Program-made: the position numbers and the translations under genes | Part shown: piece by piece, positions 18,839-24,229 of the stretch | Numbering within the stretch: position 1 is the stretch's first letter | How the letters are laid out: every line of letters starts with the position of its first letter | Notes under the pieces: model-generated | Databases searched by the model: none | What the model saw: the letters and a program-made list of their open reading frames with translations, nothing else | What the model was told of the DNA's origin: nothing | Source: a virus | Lineage: Duplodnaviria; Caudoviricetes | Reading direction: 5' to 3' (one strand) | DNA: 24,229 nt | Virus record (IMG/VR): IMGVR_UViG_3300008255_000466 | Span: 1-24,229 of that record

Positions 18839-20378
18839 AATTCATAGCCTTTCCATAAATGGGATGTTCGTTAGAGTAGAATTCCGCGTTGCCCGTAGTT
18901 TCCACATCAAGGCTGGCGTAGGCGAAAGTGCAGGCGAGGGCATCGGCGAGGTCGGGAGAAGGAATACCTCGACGGCGTAAGTCCTTCTTAGACTCGAGTT
19001 GAAGGTAGTCCTCACGGGAATAGGTGAAGGTCGGGCCGGAAAGTTCAATAGGGAAGGGAACTTCCGTCATAGGGGTGCTATCGACGATGCAGCCCTTGGC
19101 GAGCCAAGCGCGCATGGCCCCCCAGATTTCTGCGCGCTTATTGAGGTATTTTGCAAGAGCGTCGTTCGGGTCGGAGTTGTCCGATTTCGCACCGAAGGTT
19201 ACTTCGGTCACGGGAACGCCGAGTGACTGGAGTTGATCCACTACCCCGCCGCCTACTCCGCCGCCATCTACAAAAACTGACACGGCATTCGTTTCCATAT
19301 ACGCGTCGAACACGCGATTGGTAAGTTGAATGGTGGAAAGGCCACGATAAATGCGAGGGGCGATGGTGCGCCCGTCACGACCACGGCGGAAATAAATAAC
19401 CGAGGCGTCGTCGCCAAATCGTGCCACATCTACACCGAGAACCACTGGAGCCGAATTGTGTTCGGGCACCTCCCGCAGAGTAGCCTCGCGGGCAAGTTCG
19501 AGAGAAATGAAACTACTCGCATCAATTCGCGGAAACTGCCCTCGGACGCGAACACGAACAAAGTCATGGTCCTCGCCGTAGTCGGTGATCCAGTCTTCGA
19601 TCTGCCGCTTGTTGGTGATCGAAACGTCCCTTGCGTCAATTGCCATTGAGGACCAACGGTGAGCAAATTTACCCCCCTCAAAGCACTCACGGAAGCGCCC
19701 GGAGTTTTTCGTAGGGTTGCCAAAAGCACACCAGATGATTTGGGTGTTCTTATCGGTGAGCGCACCCTCGGTAGTTTCCCAAATAGGATCGGCAATGGCG
19801 GAGGCTTCGTCAAAGATTATGATGATGCGGCGACCTTTGTTATGCAGCCCCGCGAAGGCTTCCATGTTCTTCTCACTCCATGGCACCATGTCGATACGCC
19901 AAGTTTTCTCATGGTCGGGGTCGATGCTAAACCGCGCAGTAGCGGTCATACGGAACAGCCCCTTGGTGAGGGAAAGTCGGTGCCATTTTGCGAGTTCCGC
20001 CCACGTTTTTGTCTTAAGCTGATTCTCGGTGTTCGCGGTAACGACGCCTTTAGTATCCTCCATTGTGGATTGCGCCCAATCGAGAATCCAACTGACCAAT
20101 GCGGACTTGCCGATACCGTGACCGGAAGTTCGGGCGAGTTGGATCGGGGAGGAGTCGGTATCTTGCTGAGAAGTGTGGGCTAAGGCTACAGCTTCCTCTA
20201 CAGCAATAACACCTAGGCCCAACTCTATGAGAATCTGCCGCTGCCAGGGTTCCGGGCCGAGGTAGTCCTCGAGTTCGCCCGGTTCCCCCCACGGGTAGGC
20301 AAAAAGAACAAACCCCAACGGGTCGTTGGAATATTCCGCTAGGGCTAGGATGAGGTCATCGTGGGTGGACGAACTCAT
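18831..20378 (-). CDS. terL: Terminase large subunit (515 aa)
   Basis: Walker A SGHGIGKS, Walker B IIIFDEAS, GNP motif, and RNase H-like nuclease motifs GVDVARFGDD and SPDLADALACTF. Confidence 0.95.
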   Translation of the reverse strand: MSSSTHDDLILALAEYSNDPLGFVLFAYPWGEPGELEDYLGPEPWQRQILIELGLGVIAVEEAVALAHTSQQDTDSSPIQLARTSGHGIGKSALVSWILDWAQSTMEDTKGVVTANTENQLKTKTWAELAKWHRLSLTKGLFRMTATARFSIDPDHEKTWRIDMVPWSEKNMEAFAGLHNKGRRIIIIFDEASAIADPIWETTEGALTDKNTQIIWCAFGNPTKNSGRFRECFEGGKFAHRWSSMAIDARDVSITNKRQIEDWITDYGEDHDFVRVRVRGQFPRIDASSFISLELAREATLREVPEHNSAPVVLGVDVARFGDDASVIYFRRGRDGRTIAPRIYRGLSTIQLTNRVFDAYMETNAVSVFVDGGGVGGGVVDQLQSLGVPVTEVTFGAKSDNSDPNDALAKYLNKRAEIWGAMRAWLAKGCIVDSTPMTEVPFPIELSGPTFTYSREDYLQLESKKDLRRRGIPSPDLADALACTFAYASLDVETTGNAEFYSNEHPIYGKAMNYA

Positions 20379-20950
20379 TCCGCTACTCCTTCAATCGGTG
20401 TAATATCTCGCATAGCAGCGACCCGCTTCCGGGCCTCGGTCATGCGATCCGCCAAACCCACTCGCACATCAACTTCCGTCTTCATGCTGGGGCCGAATCC
20501 GCTCCGATCCAGTGCCATCTTGGCGATTTCCATCAGCTGCCCAAGGGAAACATCCTCCGGGTCATCTTCCAGTCTTTCGCGAATTTCCTCCACTGCATCG
20601 AGGCCGAGTTCCGCCAGCGCCACTTTATGTTCCACATAACGCTCATTATTGACGTCACGGTAGAACTCAACTAGTTCCTTGAAGGCCCGATCGGCCTGAA
20701 GGACGCTAACGCGAGAATTACTATACCCGCACATTAGGCCTGCGGTGCCGGGAGCCAGTCCTTGCGCCAGCATTTTGGCCAACGCATGGTGCCGCTCCCG
20801 GAGGCGCTTAATTTCCGGCGCCCTGCTCCCCCGTTCCACGGCGAGGATTGCCAACTCATCCTCACCTAACTCCCGCGTATCCCCGACGGTGAGTTTTGCC
20901 GCCCGCCCAACCGTGCGCAAATCCAACATATCAGAGGTAAAATCGTGCAT
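20375..20950 (-). CDS. Putative terminase small subunit (~191 aa; start likely ATG 20950 or 20929, not 21058)
   Basis: Overlaps the TerL start (ATGA). It has an HTH-like segment (RHHALAKMLAQG...GYSNSRVSVL) and ALDRSGFGP. A promoter consensus lies inside the ORF track's first 36 codons, and AAAGGA precedes ATG 20950. Confidence 0.7.
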   Translation of the reverse strand: MHDFTSDMLDLRTVGRAAKLTVGDTRELGEDELAILAVERGSRAPEIKRLRERHHALAKMLAQGLAPGTAGLMCGYSNSRVSVLQADRAFKELVEFYRDVNNERYVEHKVALAELGLDAVEEIRERLEDDPEDVSLGQLMEIAKMALDRSGFGPSMKTEVDVRVGLADRMTEARKRVAAMRDITPIEGVAE

Positions 20951-20975
20951 GTAGTGGACGGTTCCTTTCGCGGCT

Positions 20976-21004
20976 ATTTTACCACCGGGACCGACGATTG
21001 GCAA
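20976..21004 (-). promoter_or_regulatory. Sigma70-like promoter for the packaging/virion operon
   Basis: Minus strand TTGCCA (21004-20999)-17 nt-TAAAAT (20981-20976). Confidence 0.7.
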
Positions 21005-21075
21005 GGGCGAAAGCGCAGGGCCGTTTGCACCATACAGTAAACACGGTTTAATTGCCATACTCTACAAATTGACTC

Positions 21076-21124
21076 AACTAATTCTTAGAGAGCCATATCG
21101 TAAAAAATAATGTAACTAATTCTT
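21076..21124. repeat. 11-bp direct repeat AACTAATTCTT x2
   Basis: Exact copies at 21076-21086 and 21114-21124, in an AT-rich patch upstream of the late promoter. Confidence 0.75.
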
Positions 21125-21270
21125 GGGGCCTCTCCCCGCGCGATACACCCCCCATGCAGCGAACCCCCCGGGGTGGGCACGACGGGAATGAGGCGCAAGC
21201 CGATTGCGGACGGGGATTGCTGATGCAGGCGGCAGGGGAAAATAAATTTCCACGAAGGGCCACAAAGGGA

Positions 21271-21298
21271 TTGACTTTCTTTGCGAGGGGTATATATT
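21271..21298 (+). promoter_or_regulatory. Sigma70-like promoter for the 181-aa gene
   Basis: TTGACT-16 nt-TATATT, ending 46 nt before ATG 21345. Confidence 0.55.
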
Positions 21299-21344
21299 CG
21301 CGTCATGGCATAATCCCGCGCCACACAATGAAAGGTCCAATACA

Positions 21345-21890
21345 ATGTCGATTGATATGTCTATGACGGAGGCCACCTATACGGTAAAGTGCGATGGCAC
21401 GCCGTTGGTGATCAATCTTGAAAAGATGCACCCGAGCTATGTCGCGGCAATCATGCGCAAAGGGATTCAGCGTTACTTCAATGACGAGTTGAACCAGCTC
21501 AAACCCGCGGTGAAGCTTGATGCGTATCGGATCGAATTACGTAAGGCGCATTCGGGTGAAGCATTACCAGAAAAGGTGCGCAAAGAACGTGGCACCGCCT
21601 CGACAATCGACCCGATTGCCAAGCGGGCACTGACCGAGGCCAAGCTCGATCTGGGCATTCGCTTCTCTACCGCGCTTGGGCTTGACTTGACAAAGGCGCA
21701 CAATGCCGAAGAATGGGTGAAGGAGCCTCGTGCCGCGAAATACTTCAAGTTGATTGTCAAGCGGCACGTGTGGGTCGATAGCGAGGTGACCGCGTTTATC
21801 GCACGCGAAAAGGAAGCCGGTGGACGAGACTTCCATCAAGAGGCGGTGGACTTCTATGCGACCGCGCCGAAGGCGACGACCAATTTCTAA
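21345..21890 (+). CDS. Hypothetical basic protein (181 aa), apparently monocistronic
   Basis: AAAGG RBS, natural-looking composition, own promoter and terminator. No motif recognised. Confidence 0.85.
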   Translation: MSIDMSMTEATYTVKCDGTPLVINLEKMHPSYVAAIMRKGIQRYFNDELNQLKPAVKLDAYRIELRKAHSGEALPEKVRKERGTASTIDPIAKRALTEAKLDLGIRFSTALGLDLTKAHNAEEWVKEPRAAKYFKLIVKRHVWVDSEVTAFIAREKEAGGRDFHQEAVDFYATAPKATTNF

Positions 21891-21917
21891 CCACCGCGAC
21901 CACACGAAATGAGAATT

Positions 21918-21945
21918 GGGCGCTAGCGTGGCGCCCTTTTCTTTT
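21918..21945 (+). terminator. Rho-independent terminator
   Basis: GGGCGCTA-GCG-TGGCGCCC stem followed by TTTTCTTTT, 27 nt after the stop at 21890. Confidence 0.85.
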
Positions 21946-22190
21946 GGTGCGAGGGGAAAGGTATGGGCAGAAACGGCATTGGCGAAAATTGCCCATGGCG
22001 TAAACGCGGGTCAAGAAAGGCCCTTCCATCGGGCCGGGCACAACCATGCCCGAACACGTGACCTTGCCATTGACGCCCCGCCCATGACCGGCATGACCAT
22101 ATCCCACCCGGTCAGCACCATGTCAATCACGCCACCACCATCGCGCCCATTCGCGCCGTGCCAATTCGCGAGTTTAATGCCTATTGTTAT

Positions 22191-22610
22191 CCCCATGTTA
22201 GACCCTACGTTAGCACTTACCAGGTGCCACCTGATCAGATGAAATTCCGTATCACCCCCATACCCTTATCGGGAAGTTTCGTAGGTCTCGCAGGTTTTCG
22301 CGAAAAACTTTCCGTTCCGCAGTCTTCCCGAATTCCCGACTCTTTTTCTTTTCAGTTTTAATAATTTTTTTTTTTTTACCTTTTGGTCAAAAACTGAGAG
22401 GCCCCCTTTAAGAGAAAGATTGCAGGTTTAAGAACCAGCAAATAAACCTTGTGCACAGTAAGGCTCGCAACCTACAAGCTGGCCCGAAACCCCGAAGACG
22501 AGGCATGGGGGGTCGGACGAAATTTGCTTGACCAGTTGGCACGTGATAGGCACTAGCTTAGGTTCTAACGTAAGGTCTAACATAGGGTCTAATTTAGGGT
22601 CTAACGTAAC
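22191..22610. repeat. Long degenerate inverted repeat centred near a T13 tract
   Basis: 22195-22218 matches the reverse complement of 22560-22583 at 21/24. 22219-22264 matches the reverse complement of 22502-22547 at about 33/47 aligned columns (hand alignment). Inner TCAGTTTT (22352-22359) pairs with AAAACTGA (22390-22397). T13 is at 22365-22377. Confidence 0.8.
22548..22607 (+). repeat. 12-bp tandem repeat, consensus AGGGTCTAACGT (4 good copies plus 1 degenerate)
   Basis: AGGCACTAGCTT / AGGTTCTAACGT / AAGGTCTAACAT / AGGGTCTAATTT / AGGGTCTAACGT. Confidence 0.9.
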
Positions 22611-22703
22611 GAATTCACCAAATTACCCGCCATTTCACTTTCGCCAGCTTAATGTCATCAGGTTAGATTTGTTCAATATGGTCCGAATGCCTGCAAAAAC
22701 CAC

Positions 22704-22732
22704 TTGCCATTCGAATCGGGTTGGCGTAAGAT
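22704..22732 (+). promoter_or_regulatory. Sigma70-like promoter for the rightward small-gene cluster
   Basis: TTGCCA (22704-22709)-17 nt-TAAGAT (22727-22732). Confidence 0.7.
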
Positions 22733-22798
22733 GTGGGTAAGGGGCAAGAATATTCACTCGGTCGTCACCCCTTCGGCCCAGTCAAAGGATACAATACC

Positions 22799-22984
22799 AT
22801 GAACACTGAGCGCATTCCCTTTCGTTTGATCGCCATGCAATGCTGCGGCACGATGATTTGCCACATCAACCATCGTCCGCCCATGTATTGCCCCGAGTGC
22901 GGCAAGCGTGTCTGGCCGAATGTGAAAGGCTGGGTCGTCATCAAGGACGAAGATGCCACACTCAAGTATAATGACGCCATCTAG
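22799..22984 (+). CDS. Small zinc-ribbon-like protein (61 aa; start corrected to ATG 22799)
   Basis: AAAGGA RBS, and MQCCG...YCPECG gives four Cys in a ribbon-like arrangement. Confidence 0.75.
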   Translation: MNTERIPFRLIAMQCCGTMICHINHRPPMYCPECGKRVWPNVKGWVVIKDEDATLKYNDAI

Positions 22985-23007
22985 CAACGAAAGAACACCA
23001 TACCACA

Positions 23008-23298
23008 ATGAAAAACTCGAAAAGCACCACGAAACTCTTCCGGGCGATGCAAAAATTCGCCCATCAATTGCGTATCTGGGAAGGGGAAGAATTGCTTAGC
23101 GAAGTTTTCGCCAGATTCCTTGCCAATTTGGTCAAGGAATCTGAGGCGCAACTTTTGCAGCAATGCCATTTCTACGCGGGCAACTTCGGCGAAAACCACT
23201 TGAATCAGCAATTGGTGGCAGAAGTTGCCAAGACACTCGGCCCCGATCATGCGAAAGTGCTTCGGAAGTTTGCCAAGGCTGTCTGCAAGTTGGCCTGA
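23008..23298 (+). CDS. Hypothetical protein (96 aa), paralog of the next gene
   Basis: Co-oriented in the cluster. The C-terminus EVAKTLGPDHAK...VCKLA aligns with the next ORF. Confidence 0.8.
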   Translation: MKNSKSTTKLFRAMQKFAHQLRIWEGEELLSEVFARFLANLVKESEAQLLQQCHFYAGNFGENHLNQQLVAEVAKTLGPDHAKVLRKFAKAVCKLA

Positions 23299-23308
23299 TT
23301 CCAAACTT

Positions 23309-23334
23309 CGGTAGGAGATGCAAATCGCCTACCG
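23309..23334 (+). other. Intergenic hairpin with GCAA tetraloop
   Basis: CGGTAGG-A-GAT-GCAA-ATC-G-CCTACCG, with no U-tract. Confidence 0.65.
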
Positions 23335-23358
23335 TTCACAATGAGAGGATACCATACC

Positions 23359-23634
23359 ATGACTGCAATTAACAATGACTTCCGGGCTTCAATGGCAACC
23401 TTCACGGCAAAACTTCAGAAATGCCGGGAGGAAGAAAATCAAAAGGAAGTCATCCAGAACTTCTATGATATTCTCCCTAATCCGCTGAAAGCCTTGTTCC
23501 TTGACCAGTTTCCTTCACACAAGGGCACGGATGGTCCCGACAAACTTCTCGCGTTGGAAGTAGCCGAAGTTATCGGCCCGGCTCGCGCACAAGAGCTCTA
23601 TCATTTCATCGTGCTGGTGACGAAACTCGCCTAG
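23359..23634 (+). CDS. Hypothetical protein (91 aa; start ATG 23359), paralog of the previous gene
   Basis: GAGGA RBS, and C-terminus EVAEVIGPARAQ...VTKLA. Confidence 0.8.
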   Translation: MTAINNDFRASMATFTAKLQKCREEENQKEVIQNFYDILPNPLKALFLDQFPSHKGTDGPDKLLALEVAEVIGPARAQELYHFIVLVTKLA

Positions 23635-23666
23635 CCACAGCCCGCAACTTACAGGAAAACCTTACC

Positions 23667-23861
23667 ATGATCTGCAATCTCAATCACATCCCCGGCGAGC
23701 GCACCCTCTTTGAGGAACTCGAGGAAATTTCCGACAGTGTCCAATTGGCGGTCTCGCGCGACAAGAATTTTAATTTGCATAGATTGAAAGAATTGACCGA
23801 GGAACGTCGCATCATGCGCGGGTATAGCCTGCCACGTGGACAGCATGAAAACTGGGAATAA
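23667..23861 (+). CDS. Hypothetical protein (64 aa)
   Basis: AGGA RBS, tiles with its neighbours. Confidence 0.7.
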   Translation: MICNLNHIPGERTLFEELEEISDSVQLAVSRDKNFNLHRLKELTEERRIMRGYSLPRGQHENWE

Positions 23862-23877
23862 GAAGGAGGAACATGCC

Positions 23878-24087
23878 ATGACCGCCGTCGATAAAGTCAT
23901 CGAAAACCTTGGCTCTCTTTCTGCTGATCAGCTTTTGGGCGTTGCTCAGTTTTTGGAAGTCGCTACGCATGGCGGTTTCATTAATGTGAATAATGCGATT
24001 ATACTTTGTTACTGTATTGAACGTGAGTTGACAGACCGCCGGATAACCAAAGCAATCAAGGAGTGGTACTATGATCAGGACTTCTAA
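23878..24087 (+). CDS. Hypothetical protein (69 aa; start ATG 23878)
   Basis: AAGGAGG RBS before MTAVDKVIENL. Confidence 0.75.
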   Translation: MTAVDKVIENLGSLSADQLLGVAQFLEVATHGGFINVNNAIILCYCIERELTDRRITKAIKEWYYDQDF

Positions 24088-24229
24088 CGGTCAACCTTAC
24101 GATACTCCCGTCAAGTTCACCATTGGGCTCGACGGCCTGATCTACGCAGTGCTGCGGGACGAATACACCGCCGAGGACTACAAAAAAGAATTCGGTGGCG
24201 TCCGCCTCGATTGCCTCGGCGGTTTCTTC
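24071..24229 (+). CDS. Hypothetical protein, truncated by the window end (not in the ORF track)
   Basis: AAGGAG RBS. It reads MIRTSNGQPYDTPVKFTIGLDGLIYAVLRDEYTAEDYKKEFGGVRLDCLGGFF, open to base 24229. Confidence 0.7.
   Translation, partial: MIRTSNGQPYDTPVKFTIGLDGLIYAVLRDEYTAEDYKKEFGGVRLDCLGGFF

Noticed and set aside
461-20954. Many plus-strand and alternate-frame ORFs overlapping the structural genes (e.g. 7420-7986, 8809-9390, 16995-17543, 19659-20183)
   Set aside because: They are shadow frames of well-supported minus-strand genes and have no recognisable motifs.
20951-21058. N-terminal 36 aa of the 227-aa terS ORF
   Set aside because: It contains a good promoter consensus and has no clear RBS, so the true start is probably downstream.
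22365-22377. T13 as a simple terminator tail or sequencing artefact
   Set aside because: No GC-rich stem directly precedes it and it sits near the symmetry centre. Its exact length may still be unreliable.
22548-22607. CRISPR mini-array
   Set aside because: The units are 12 bp and directly adjacent with no spacers, and there are no cas genes in the window.
22191-22610. N15-type telomere resolution site or transposon terminal inverted repeats
   Set aside because: telRL sites are short near-perfect palindromes, whereas this one is long and degenerate. No protelomerase, transposase or target-site duplication is visible.
21916-22740. ORFs 21916-22242, 21796-22107, 22011-22196, 22158-22361 and 22528-22740
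   Set aside because: They mostly have non-ATG starts, lack convincing RBSs, have low-complexity translations, and cross the terminator or repeat elements.
1-24229. tRNA/rRNA genes, integrase/att sites, introns/inteins, stop-codon recoding
   Set aside because: None was recognised by eye. Terminase, portal and capsid are uninterrupted and of normal size under the standard code.

Overview
The window is part of a tailed dsDNA phage (or prophage) genome with podovirus-type architecture resembling BPP-1/epsilon15-like phages. Bases ~1-20950 are one tightly packed minus-strand virion operon. In transcription order it encodes TerS, TerL, a small gp7.3-like protein, portal, a small conserved protein, scaffold, major capsid, capsid cement protein, a small protein, tail adaptor, tail nozzle, a GNAT-like protein, three internal virion (ejection) proteins, a beta-helix tailspike and a truncated membrane protein. 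One ejection protein carries an embedded VanY/M15-type zinc peptidase. Bases ~21270-24229 hold short plus-strand, early-type genes with host sigma70-like promoters. The most unusual non-coding element lies between these plus-strand genes. It is a ~420 bp degenerate palindrome (22191-22610) centred near a T13 tract, with 12-bp tandem repeats at both outer ends in opposite orientations, and it is a candidate replication origin or genome-end/packaging element. All product calls come from recalled motifs and gene order; no database searches were run.
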